Assembly: GCA_017545535.1 (NCBI GenBank)
Contig: JAFWMS010000021.1
Location: 129,399-193,398 of the forward strand
From: Clostridia bacterium
Lineage (GTDB): Bacteria > Bacillota > Clostridia > Christensenellales > CAG-138
Length of the DNA stretch: 64,000 bases
Direction: 5' to 3'
The translations under genes were made by a program, and so were the position numbers. Below the pieces are notes generated by a model. The model worked only from the letters and a program-made list of their open reading frames with translations. It made no database searches and was not told the origin of the DNA. The first letter of the stretch is position 1. Each line of letters begins with the position of its first letter. Of the stretch, positions 20,100 through 28,954 are shown piece by piece.

Positions 20100-20777
20100 A
20101 TGATGTTCTGCATCGTTCTGTTGGCTATCGCCGTGTATCTGGCGATACCCGTATTCACCGGCAAGGGGAAGCTGTTGACCACCGAAAATATCAAAAAGGA
20201 CAAGATCGACGCATACGTCAAGTATATGCGGCTGATCTATCTGGCCCTGTTCATCGTGGTGCTGCTGATGGCCGCCTTCAACTTTGTGGAGCAGGTCGCC
20301 TACACCACCGAACAGCACTATGAGTTCACTGAGGATTACACGGGCGCGGACGGCAACGTCTACCCCGCCGGCGAGGACCACACCGTCGCCGAAATGCAGC
20401 AGATCCTCGTCCCCACGGAATCCTCCGGCAGCATGTGTGCCCCGGTGGATCCGGAGACCCTCCCCTACCGATACACTGGCACCACCCACACCCTGAAGGA
20501 GCAGTATAGCTTCCTCTCCTTCCTCCCCTTTGAGACCATCCACGTTCTCAACTTCATCACCCTGGGCCTGTCCATGCTGATCATCGTGGGCCTGTTCATA
20601 TTCATCCAGCGGTTCACAGACAAGGCAGCGAAGAAGAAAGCTCAAGAAAAGCGCAATAGCCCCGTCCGCCCCTCCATGCCCAAGGGCGCCTTCGACTTCT
20701 CGGACTATCAGGACGAGGTAGAGGTCAAGGACGATATGTTCGAAGAAGAACAGCAGGCAAAGCCTTCCAAAAAATAA
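20100..20777 (+). CDS. hypothetical membrane protein (3 predicted TM segments, acidic/lysine-rich tail)
   Basis: 225 aa. AAAGGAGG RBS. No family recognised. Confidence 0.6.
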   Translation: MMFCIVLLAIAVYLAIPVFTGKGKLLTTENIKKDKIDAYVKYMRLIYLALFIVVLLMAAFNFVEQVAYTTEQHYEFTEDYTGADGNVYPAGEDHTVAEMQQILVPTESSGSMCAPVDPETLPYRYTGTTHTLKEQYSFLSFLPFETIHVLNFITLGLSMLIIVGLFIFIQRFTDKAAKKKAQEKRNSPVRPSMPKGAFDFSDYQDEVEVKDDMFEEEQQAKPSKK

Positions 20778-20793
20778 CGGATTACTTTCCTTG

Positions 20794-20826
20794 AGGATCG
20801 GGTATCCCCCGGTCCTCTTTTTTATA
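20794..20826 (+). terminator. rho-independent terminator
   Basis: GAGGATCGGG / CCCGGTCCTC with one mismatch, followed by TTTTTT. Confidence 0.6.
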
Positions 20827-20840
20827 CTCTTTTCACATAA

Positions 20841-20871
20841 AAACGGCCACCGGAAAAACCGGTGGCCGTTT
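20841..20871 (-). terminator. rho-independent terminator of gap
   Basis: 13-bp stem AAACGGCCACCGG / CCGGTGGCCGTTT. On the minus strand it is followed by TTTTAT. Confidence 0.8.
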
Positions 20872-20885
20872 GCTTGCAGAATGGA

Positions 20886-21956
20886 TTACAGTTCGGCGAA
20901 GTACTTGATGGTGCGGACCATCTGGCTGGTGTAGGAGTTCTCGTTGTCGTACCAGGACACGACCTGCACCTGATAGGTGTCATCGTCGATCTTCTGGACC
21001 ATGGTCTGGTTGGCATCGAACAGGGAGCCGTAGGTCATGCCGATGATGTCGGAGGAGACCAGCTTCTCGGTGGTGTAACCGAAGGACTCGCTCTCCTGGG
21101 CCTTCATGGCGGCGTTGACGGCTTCCTTGGTGACGTCCTTGCCCTTGACAACCGCCACGAGGATCGTGGTGGAGCCGGTGGCCACGGGCACCCGCTGGGC
21201 GGAGCCGATCAGCTTGCCGTTGAGCTCGGGGATGACCAGGCCGATGGCCTTGGCAGCGCCGGTGCTGTTGGGAACGATGTTCGCGGCGCCCGCGCGAGCC
21301 CGCTGCAGATCGCCCTTACGATGGGGACCATCCAGGATCATCTGATCGCCGGTGTAGGCATGGACCGTGGTCATGATGCCGGAGACGATGGGGAAGTTAT
21401 CGTTGAGGGCCTTGGTCATGGGCGCCAGGCAGTTGGTGGTGCAGCTGGCCGCGGAGATGATCTTGTCCTCCTTGGTGAGGATGTTGTTGTTGACGTTATA
21501 GACGATGGTGGGCAGGTCGTTGCCGGCGGGGGCAGAGATGACCACCTTCTTGGCGCCGGCGTCGATGTGCGCCTGGGCCTTGGCCTTGCTGGTGTAGAAA
21601 CCGGTGCACTCCAGCACCACGTCCACCTTCAGCTTGCCCCAGGGCAGCTTCTCAGCCTTGGGCTCCGCATAAATCGTGATCTCCTTGCCGTCCACGGTGA
21701 TGGAACCGGGGACCTTCACGGTCTTGCCGTCCTCTTCGAACACGGGTTCCTTGGAAGTGACGGTGTGCTTGTTTTCGCCGATCACGCCGCAATACCCCTT
21801 CTGGGCGGTGTCATACTTCAAAAGATGGGCGAGCATCGCCGGGCTGGTCAGATCGTTGATCGCGACGATCTTATACCCTTTTGCGCCGAACATCTGGCGG
21901 AAAGCAAGACGGCCGATGCGGCCGAAACCGTTGATTGCAACTCGAATAGTAGCCAT
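20886..21956 (-). CDS. gap: type I glyceraldehyde-3-phosphate dehydrogenase
   Basis: 356 aa with INGFGRIGR and the [10 protein letters not shown] active site. Confidence 0.93.
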   Translation of the reverse strand: MATIRVAINGFGRIGRLAFRQMFGAKGYKIVAINDLTSPAMLAHLLKYDTAQKGYCGVIGENKHTVTSKEPVFEEDGKTVKVPGSITVDGKEITIYAEPKAEKLPWGKLKVDVVLECTGFYTSKAKAQAHIDAGAKKVVISAPAGNDLPTIVYNVNNNILTKEDKIISAASCTTNCLAPMTKALNDNFPIVSGIMTTVHAYTGDQMILDGPHRKGDLQRARAGAANIVPNSTGAAKAIGLVIPELNGKLIGSAQRVPVATGSTTILVAVVKGKDVTKEAVNAAMKAQESESFGYTTEKLVSSDIIGMTYGSLFDANQTMVQKIDDDTYQVQVVSWYDNENSYTSQMVRTIKYFAEL

Positions 21957-21984
21957 AAAAGCCTCCTTTATTTTTTTCGTTTGT

Positions 21985-22013
21985 ATTATATACTACGTTT
22001 TACCTGTTTTCAA
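21985..22013 (-). promoter_or_regulatory. sigma-A type promoter of gap
   Basis: The minus strand reads TTGAAA-17 nt-TATAAT. Confidence 0.7.
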
Positions 22014-22051
22014 CAGAAAAGATATAATTATTTTTAGGCTAAGAATACAAA

Positions 22052-22981
22052 TTATGTATTCAGTTCCTCCGCAATGATGTACAGCGGCCGCCCCTTGGAT
22101 TCCTCAAAGATCCGGCCCATATAGGCCCCCTGGATACCCAAGAACAGCAGGATAATACCCTGAAGCAGCACCACGCCGCACAGGCCCCACAGCCAGGGCG
22201 CCGCGCCCATGGTGCAGGCGCAGACGAGCACTGCCAGGAAGCCGAGCATGGATAGGCCGACCACTGCGCCGCCGATGGCCAGCGGCATGGTCAGGGGTTT
22301 CGTGGAAAAACCGGTGATGCCGTCCAATGCCAGCTTCAGCATCTTCTTCAGGGTGTACTTGGTCTTCCCCGCCGCCCGCTCCTGCCGCACGTATTCGAGG
22401 GGCACGCTTTCAAATCCCATCCAGGCGGACATGCCCCTAAGGAACCGGCCGTGCTCCCGCATCTTCAAAAACACGTCCGCCACGTTGCGGCCGATCAGCC
22501 GGAAATCCCCTGTGTCCAAGGGGATAGGATAGGCGCTCATAGCCGTAAGCAGGCGATAATAGCAGGCCGCGGTGAACTTTTTCAGGAAGGTCTCCCCTTC
22601 CCGCTTCTTTCGCTTGCCGTAAACGATGTCCGCCCCCTGCTCCCACAGCTTCACCATGTCGGGGATCAACTCCGGCGGGTCCTGCAAGTCCGCGTCGATG
22701 ATGACGAGGGCATCCCCCTTGGCGATGTCCATACCCGCCGTCACGGCCAGCTGATGGCCGAAATTCCGGGAAAAGGACAGGACCTTCACCTTTTTATTCT
22801 CGGCGGCGATCTTCCTGAGTTCCCTCATAGTGCCGTCCCGGCTGCCGTCGTTGACGAAGATGATCTCGTATTCATGGCCCGTCTGCTCCATGGCCGCCCT
22901 CATGCGCGGATAGGCGATGGGCAGCACCTCCTCCTCATAGTAAACCGGAACGATCAGAGAGATGAGTTTTTCCCCTGCCAT
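22052..22981 (-). CDS. family 2 glycosyltransferase (GtrB/ArnC-like polyprenyl-phosphate sugar transferase)
   Basis: 309 aa. SLIVPVYYEE...FVNDGSRDGT...IIDADLQDPP, plus two C-terminal TM segments. Confidence 0.85.
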   Translation of the reverse strand: MAGEKLISLIVPVYYEEEVLPIAYPRMRAAMEQTGHEYEIIFVNDGSRDGTMRELRKIAAENKKVKVLSFSRNFGHQLAVTAGMDIAKGDALVIIDADLQDPPELIPDMVKLWEQGADIVYGKRKKREGETFLKKFTAACYYRLLTAMSAYPIPLDTGDFRLIGRNVADVFLKMREHGRFLRGMSAWMGFESVPLEYVRQERAAGKTKYTLKKMLKLALDGITGFSTKPLTMPLAIGGAVVGLSMLGFLAVLVCACTMGAAPWLWGLCGVVLLQGIILLFLGIQGAYMGRIFEESKGRPLYIIAEELNT

Positions 22982-23077
22982 CCGAAAAAACCTCCTGTCC
23001 TATATGTTACAGAAAGTATACCAGCTTGCCGTCCCTAAAGCAAACCGGGTCTATAGTTTTTTGCAGTTTTGTTACAG

Positions 23078-23106
23078 TTGCTTTTTTGCTTCATAATTGA
23101 TATAAT
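23078..23106 (+). promoter_or_regulatory. sigma-A type promoter of fba
   Basis: TTGCTT-17 nt-TATAAT. Confidence 0.6.
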
Positions 23107-23145
23107 GCTATGGATTCAATAATTCTGCAAAAAGGAGAATAATTT

Positions 23146-24129
23146 ATGGCAATCGTCACCACAAAAGAGATGTTCAGGAAAGCCTACGACGGCGGCTACG
23201 CCATCGGCGCGTTCAACGTGAACAACATGGAGATCATCCAGGGCATCACCGAGGCCGCCATCGACCAACACGCCCCCCTGATCCTTCAGGTCAGCAAGGG
23301 CGCCCGGGCCTATGCCAAGCATGTGTACCTCATGAAGCTCATTGAGGCCGCCATCCAGGATGCGGAGCAGACCGCCGGTTTCGATCTGCCCATCGCTGTC
23401 CATCTGGACCACGGCGACACCTTTGAACTGTGCAAGAGCTGCATCGACGGCGGCTTCTCCTCCGTCATGATCGACGGCTCCAGCAAGCCCTACGAGGAGA
23501 ACGTGGCCCTGACCCGCCAGGTGGTGGAATATGCCCATGACCACGGTGTGGTGGTGGAGGGCGAACTGGGCACCCTGGCCGGCATCGAGGATGAGGTCAA
23601 CGTGTCCGCCGAGGATTCCTCCTACACCCGCCCCGAGGAAGTGGAGGATTTCGTGACCCGCACCGGCGTGGACTCCCTGGCCATCGCCATCGGCACCAGC
23701 CACGGCGCCTACAAGTTCACCGCCGCCCAGTGCACCCGCAACGCCGAAGGCCAGCTGGTGCCCCCGCCCCTGCGCTTTGACATCCTCAGAGAGGTGGAAA
23801 AGCGGCTGCCCGGCTTCCCCATCGTGCTCCACGGCTCCTCCTCCGTGCCCCAGGAATTCGTCAAGATCATCAACGAGTGCGGCGGCAAGATGCCCGACGC
23901 CGTGGGCATTCCCGAGGAGCAGCTCCGGGAAGCAGCCCGCATGGCCGTGTGCAAGATCAACATTGACTCCGATCTGCGTCTTGCCATGACCGCCTCCATC
24001 CGCAAGCACTTCTGCGAGCATCCCGATCATTTCGATCCACGCCAGTACCTCAAGCCCGGCCGCGAGGCCATCAAGGCCATGGTCACCCACAAGCTGGTGA
24101 ACGTGCTGGGCTGCAACGGCAAGGCGTAA
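23146..24129 (+). CDS. fba: class II fructose-1,6-bisphosphate aldolase
   Basis: 327 aa. YAIGAFNVNNME, VHLDHG, LHGSSSVP. Confidence 0.92.
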   Translation: MAIVTTKEMFRKAYDGGYAIGAFNVNNMEIIQGITEAAIDQHAPLILQVSKGARAYAKHVYLMKLIEAAIQDAEQTAGFDLPIAVHLDHGDTFELCKSCIDGGFSSVMIDGSSKPYEENVALTRQVVEYAHDHGVVVEGELGTLAGIEDEVNVSAEDSSYTRPEEVEDFVTRTGVDSLAIAIGTSHGAYKFTAAQCTRNAEGQLVPPPLRFDILREVEKRLPGFPIVLHGSSSVPQEFVKIINECGGKMPDAVGIPEEQLREAARMAVCKINIDSDLRLAMTASIRKHFCEHPDHFDPRQYLKPGREAIKAMVTHKLVNVLGCNGKA

Positions 24130-24151
24130 GCTCAACCCCATATCCATTCGG

Positions 24152-24181
24152 CGCAGCCTGATATTTCAGGCTGCGTTTTTC
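24152..24181 (+). terminator. rho-independent terminator of fba
   Basis: CGCAGCCTG / CAGGCTGCG followed by TTTTT. Confidence 0.8.
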
Positions 24182-24262
24182 ATTCTTTCTTCTTTTTATG
24201 CAACCTTTTCCTCCTCCGATGGCTCTATATGGGTGTAAGCGCTTACAGAAAGAGAAAACATA

Positions 24263-24793
24263 ATGGATCAGCCATACTTTGATCGAGTCTATGAAACCAC
24301 ATATCGACACTTGCTCAAGTACGCCATCATCCATCTGAGCGACCCAACGGACGCGGAGGACGCCCTGCAAAACGTGTACCTGGCCTTCTATCGCCGCATC
24401 GAGCGATACGGACATCTGGACGTGCTCTTCCCCAAGGCATTTTTACTGAAGATGCTCAAACATGAAATCATCAAGCGTTATGCTGAGCGGGAGAAGCACA
24501 CTGTACGGTTGCTGGCGGACGTGCCGGAGGAGCGGCTTACGGACGATTGGGCTTTTGAGGATGGGGTGCTGGATAGGGCTTTGGCGGAGGAAATTCTGGC
24601 GGAGGCGAAGAAGCTGCCCCGAGAGACCTATCGGATCTTCGTGCTGTATTACGGCTATGAGCTCTCCATCTCGGAAATATCCGGGGAGCTGGGCATGGGG
24701 ACAGAGGCTGTGAAGAGCCGCCTGTTTCGGGGGCGAAAGGCCATTCGGCAATATCTGACGGTGGGTGATTTGGATGCGGATACAGGGAGGTAA
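24263..24793 (+). CDS. ECF-type RNA polymerase sigma factor
   Basis: 176 aa. Region 2 (DAEDALQNVYLAFY) and region 4 HTH (ELSISEISGELGMGTEAVKSRLFRGRKAI). Confidence 0.85.
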   Translation: MDQPYFDRVYETTYRHLLKYAIIHLSDPTDAEDALQNVYLAFYRRIERYGHLDVLFPKAFLLKMLKHEIIKRYAEREKHTVRLLADVPEERLTDDWAFEDGVLDRALAEEILAEAKKLPRETYRIFVLYYGYELSISEISGELGMGTEAVKSRLFRGRKAIRQYLTVGDLDADTGR

Positions 24794-24799
24794 AGGAGC

Positions 24800-26434
24800 A
24801 TGAAGGAATCGAAATTCTACCATGAGGCATTGAGCCTGTCGCTGCTGGACGGCAAGGCCATTAAGGCGGCGCTGGATAAACAAATCGGAAACGAGCCTGC
24901 GAAGACGCATGAAAGCGTCAGGCTCCCCTGGCGGCGAGTTGTTATGATAGCGACTGCCTGTATGGTGTTGACCGTTGCCACGGTCATGGCCATCCCCTCC
25001 ACCCGTGCGGAGGTCTTAAGCTGGCTGGGGATTACTGAGCCATCTGAATACCTGAGTACTGATCCGGATCAGCGAACACCCATCGAAGCCTTGGACAATA
25101 TGATAGCAACCGCGAAGCTTGAGGACACCGAGATAAAGGTAAATGAGATCGACCGTACGGATTCTCAGGCGGTGAACAGCGAAGGAGCCATGCGTATTGC
25201 GGAACTTCTGAACCAGGATATTCAGATCACCTTGGGCGACACCCTGTTCGATGGGAACACAGCGTATGTGACGATGCACCTCAAGGGGACCGTCGCTCTG
25301 CCCCTGCTGGACGATTATACCGGCGGCAGCGCTACCATGGTCCAAGTAGACCCACAGCGAGTATACGATCTATACGAGGGCGGCCCGGGCGAGGAATACA
25401 TGTCCGGCAAACTACCCCTCTTTGAGCGTCCTGTGGCGTCGCTTGTTTTAGAGCTGAACGACGGCTCCATCATCAGCCAGTTCGTGCAGAACATGTCTGA
25501 AACACCGGCATATTCGGCCTATTTGGACAGCTTGGCGAAATCTTTCGATTACGAGCATATCTCCTCCGAGGATATGGAAAAGATCAGCGAATTGAACCGT
25601 GCATACCTGGCAGAAAATGAGATCGTTTCGGTGGTCGAAATATACTGTGTGCGCGAACAGTTGGAGAAAAACGTGGACGCTGACGGCACGTTACAGGCAA
25701 AAGCGCGATATATCATGTCCGTATGTGAGGACGACGATCTGCCCAACACGGAACTGCTGAACGTGGATCTGGGCACGGTACGGTTCAATGTGACCGGGTA
25801 TCAAGCCATGAAGACCCGGACGGCGGTGGCGGACGGCAAACAAGTGGTCTGGAAGGGCGATTCTGTCATCACATGTATGGAGCTGGTGGACCCACAGGAT
25901 CACGACAAGGAGGCCACGGACTGGAACACCGCGCTACAGATGTACACCAACTACCCCGTCTCCCTGGACGGCATGACATTGGAGGCACTGCCCGGAGCCT
26001 ATGCCGACGATCTGGGTATCTATGATCTCAAGGTGAGGATCTCCCTGCCTGAAAGCATGCAGGGGAACGCCCGGGCAGCCTGGGGAAAGATGGCCAGCAT
26101 GGTCCCCATAAGCTTCAATATCCTCATCGACGGTCAGGAGGGTGGATGGTATACCGGAGGTTTCGGCCTGATCCCCAACGATGATGGCACCTTTACCTAC
26201 CAAATCGTCAATATACAGGGGGTGGCCTTGGAGACCATCAAAGACATCCGGACCGTTACCCTGATTCCAGTTCTACGGTATGTGACCGGATTCGTGGGAC
26301 CCGATGAAGCATACGAGGACTTGGCCCCAGAGATACGGACACCGCAGCCACAGACAACGGACGGCGTATGGATGGGCGCAAAAATTGAAACCACCGCTTA
26401 CCCTGAATACGCCCTTACCTTCACCCTGGGATAA
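24800..26434 (+). CDS. putative anti-sigma factor, single-pass membrane protein with a large extracytoplasmic domain (DUF4179-like)
   Basis: 544 aa. Starts 4 nt after the sigma gene. TM segment VVMIATACMVLTVATVMAI at about residues 47-65. The functional call rests on position only. Confidence 0.5.
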   Translation: MKESKFYHEALSLSLLDGKAIKAALDKQIGNEPAKTHESVRLPWRRVVMIATACMVLTVATVMAIPSTRAEVLSWLGITEPSEYLSTDPDQRTPIEALDNMIATAKLEDTEIKVNEIDRTDSQAVNSEGAMRIAELLNQDIQITLGDTLFDGNTAYVTMHLKGTVALPLLDDYTGGSATMVQVDPQRVYDLYEGGPGEEYMSGKLPLFERPVASLVLELNDGSIISQFVQNMSETPAYSAYLDSLAKSFDYEHISSEDMEKISELNRAYLAENEIVSVVEIYCVREQLEKNVDADGTLQAKARYIMSVCEDDDLPNTELLNVDLGTVRFNVTGYQAMKTRTAVADGKQVVWKGDSVITCMELVDPQDHDKEATDWNTALQMYTNYPVSLDGMTLEALPGAYADDLGIYDLKVRISLPESMQGNARAAWGKMASMVPISFNILIDGQEGGWYTGGFGLIPNDDGTFTYQIVNIQGVALETIKDIRTVTLIPVLRYVTGFVGPDEAYEDLAPEIRTPQPQTTDGVWMGAKIETTAYPEYALTFTLG

Positions 26435-26448
26435 AAAAATTGACAGCA

Positions 26449-26476
26449 AAGGAGCCGGGCTTCTCCCCGGCTCCTT
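26449..26476. terminator. bidirectional terminator between convergent genes
   Basis: 11-bp stem AAGGAGCCGGG / CCCGGCTCCTT, with an A-run upstream on the + strand (a T-run after the hairpin on the minus strand). Confidence 0.75.
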
Positions 26477-26495
26477 GCGTATATATTCGCGAGGT

Positions 26496-28607
26496 TCAGC
26501 AGGCTTTCTGCTCGTGCTCCAGTTCCTGTTCGTCCAATACGAACTTCTTGCGAAGGACGTATTCCTCCTTCTTGCCCGCGTTGAAATTCTGCACGGGGCG
26601 AAGATAGCCCACCACCCGGCTCCAGACCTCCGTGGGCAGACCGCACTCCGGGCAGGTGAAGTGCTCGCCGGCGATATAGCCGTGCTCCTCGCAGATGGAG
26701 AAAGTTGGCGTGATGGAGATGTAGGGCATCTTGTATTTGGTAAAGATGGTGCGGATCAGGTCCTTTACCGTCTGAACATCGTTGACCCGCTCGCCCAGGT
26801 ACAGGTGCTGGACCGTGCCGCCGGTATACAGGGACTGGAGCTCGTCCTGCAGATCCATGCACTCAAATATATCGTCCGTATAGGTGACGGGCAACTGGGT
26901 GCTGTTAGTGTACTGGGGTTCATCGTGTCCGCTCTGAATGATGTTGGGATACCGTTCCTTGTCAAGGCGCGCTAGCCGATAGCTGGTGCCTTCGGCGGGG
27001 GTGGCCTCCAAATTGTAACTGTGACCCGTCTCCTGCTGAAACTCCACCATCAGGTCCCGCAAGAAGTGCATGACCTCCAACGCGAAGCTCAGCCCCTCCT
27101 GGCTGCCGATGTCCTTGCCCAGGAAGTTGAGGCACGCTTCGTTCATGCCCACGAGGCCGATGGTGTTGAAGTGATTGTACCAGTACTCCCCGGTCCTGGC
27201 CTTCACGTTCCGAAGGTAGTGAGCGGAGTAAGGGTACAGGCCCCGGTCCGTTTGATGCTCGATGATCTTGCGCTTGATCTCCAGGGAGACCTTGCCCAGC
27301 TCTGCGATATGCCGCAGCCGGGCGAAGAAGTCCGCCTTATCGGTGGCGAGATACCCGATCCGGGGCAGGTTGATGGTGTACACGCCCAGGCTCCCCGTCA
27401 TCGGGTTGGAGCCGAAGAGGCCGCCGCCCCGCTTACGAAGCTCCCGCTTGTCCAGGCGCAGCCGGCAGCACATGCTCACCGCGTCCTCCGGCGAGAGATC
27501 GGAATTCACATAGTTGGCAAAGTAAGGGATGCCATACTTGCAGGTGATCTCCATGAAGCTGTTGACCACGGGGCTGTCCCAGTCAAAATCCTTGGTGATG
27601 TTGATGGTGGGTATGGGGAAGGTGAACACCCGGCCTTTGGAATCCCCCTCCAGCATGACGGCGCAGAAGGCCTGGTTGAACAGGTCCATCTCCTTCTGGA
27701 AGTCGCCATAGGTCTTTTCCTGGTATTCCCCGCCGATGATGACGGGCTGATCCCTCAGGGTGTTGGGCACCTTGATATCGAAGGTCAGATTGGAGAAGGG
27801 GCACTGGAAGCCCACCCGGGTGGGCACGTTGATGTTGAACACGAACTCCTGCAGGCACTGCTTCACCTGCTCGAAGGTCATGTTGTCGTAGTGGATGAAG
27901 GGAGCGCAGTAGGTGTCGAAGGAAGACCAGGCCTGAGCGCCCGCCGTCTCGCCCTGGGTGGTGAAGGTGGAATTGACCACTTGACCCAGGAAAGAACGAA
28001 GGTGCTTGGCGGGGCTGGATTCCACCTTGCCCTCCACGCCGCCGAAGCCGTCCGTCAGCAGCTGCCTCAGATCCCAGCCCGCGCAGTAGGGGCCGAAGAA
28101 GCCCAAGTCGTGGATGTGGGCGTCGCCGGATTCATGGGCCTTGCGCACGTCCTCTGGATAGACTTTGTAAAGCCAATACTTCTTTGTAAAGGATTCGCGG
28201 ACATAATTGTTGAGGCCGTTGACGCTCCGCTGCATGTTGGCGTTTTCCTTGGTGCCCCAGTCCTTATCGTCCAGATAGTCGGCAAACATGTCAATGGTGG
28301 CGCCGATCATGGCGTTGATCTCCCGGGTGGCCCGACGCTTCTCCCGATAGAGGATGAAGGCCTTGGCGGTCCTGGCGTGGCCGTTTTCGATGAGGACCTT
28401 CTCAACCGTATCCTGGATATCCTCCACCTCAGGCACTGAGTCCGTGAAGCGGGCGGAAACGATCTCCACCACCTGATCGGCCAAATCCTCCGCGATGGCC
28501 TCATTGGTGCCGCCCACGGCTTTGGCCGCCTTCCAAATGGCGTTTTTGATCTTCTCCTGATCGAAGGATTCGATGCGTCCGTCACGCTTTTTTATCTGCC
28601 GTATCAT
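26496..28607 (-). CDS. nrdD: anaerobic ribonucleoside-triphosphate reductase (class III)
   Basis: 703 aa. N-terminal ATP-cone (IKKRDGRIESFDQEKIKNAI). C-terminal Zn ribbon (CPECG) and glycyl-radical region SRVVGYLRP. Confidence 0.92.
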   Translation of the reverse strand: MIRQIKKRDGRIESFDQEKIKNAIWKAAKAVGGTNEAIAEDLADQVVEIVSARFTDSVPEVEDIQDTVEKVLIENGHARTAKAFILYREKRRATREINAMIGATIDMFADYLDDKDWGTKENANMQRSVNGLNNYVRESFTKKYWLYKVYPEDVRKAHESGDAHIHDLGFFGPYCAGWDLRQLLTDGFGGVEGKVESSPAKHLRSFLGQVVNSTFTTQGETAGAQAWSSFDTYCAPFIHYDNMTFEQVKQCLQEFVFNINVPTRVGFQCPFSNLTFDIKVPNTLRDQPVIIGGEYQEKTYGDFQKEMDLFNQAFCAVMLEGDSKGRVFTFPIPTINITKDFDWDSPVVNSFMEITCKYGIPYFANYVNSDLSPEDAVSMCCRLRLDKRELRKRGGGLFGSNPMTGSLGVYTINLPRIGYLATDKADFFARLRHIAELGKVSLEIKRKIIEHQTDRGLYPYSAHYLRNVKARTGEYWYNHFNTIGLVGMNEACLNFLGKDIGSQEGLSFALEVMHFLRDLMVEFQQETGHSYNLEATPAEGTSYRLARLDKERYPNIIQSGHDEPQYTNSTQLPVTYTDDIFECMDLQDELQSLYTGGTVQHLYLGERVNDVQTVKDLIRTIFTKYKMPYISITPTFSICEEHGYIAGEHFTCPECGLPTEVWSRVVGYLRPVQNFNAGKKEEYVLRKKFVLDEQELEHEQKAC

Positions 28608-28639
28608 ACGCGCCCTCCACGTTTTTCCTTGCAGCTTGA

Positions 28640-28668
28640 AGTATAGCCACTGCCATATTTTGTGTCAA
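28640..28668 (-). promoter_or_regulatory. consensus-like sigma-A promoter of nrdD, overlapped by a possible NrdR-box half-match
   Basis: The minus strand reads TTGACA-17 nt-TATACT. ACACAAAATATGGCAG (28665-28650) resembles the first half of the NrdR box consensus acaCwAtATaTwGtgt. Confidence 0.6.
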
Positions 28669-28724
28669 CCGCCGAAAATGAATACTACATCTTGATCCCA
28701 TTTTGGGTATACGGTGAATAAAGA

Positions 28725-28766
28725 GTGTGGAAAAAACAAAAAGCTGCTCCCAAAAGGCGAGCAGCC
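28725..28766 (-). terminator. rho-independent terminator (amidohydrolase transcript)
   Basis: On the minus strand, GCTGCTC / GAGCAGC stem followed by TTTTTGTTTTTT. Confidence 0.75.
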
Positions 28767-28954
28767 GATGTTTTGGATATTCATATACCTGAGGAACTAT
28801 TCACCCTTCGGTGCATAGGGTTTGAATGGGGGTGAGTATCTATAAATAATGTTTAAGGAGCGTTCATATTCGCTTAACGGAGCATTCAATTCTCCGTCAC
28901 GGACCATTCAACATCTTGTGTCCACGGTATGAACGGGACACAACCGCCTGTGGC

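Noticed and set aside
27021-28439. 472-aa + strand ORF
   Set aside because: It is antisense to nrdD and low-complexity. The same reasoning applies to 18586..19635, 20052..20645, 20862..22037, 23116..24147, 38740..40065, 46770..47957 and 62348..63439.
28850-28933. 27-codon + strand ORF (MFKERSYSLNGAFNSPSRTIQHLVSTV)
   Set aside because: It has a weak and distant RBS and lies in the 3' region of a convergent transcript. There is no support beyond being an open frame.
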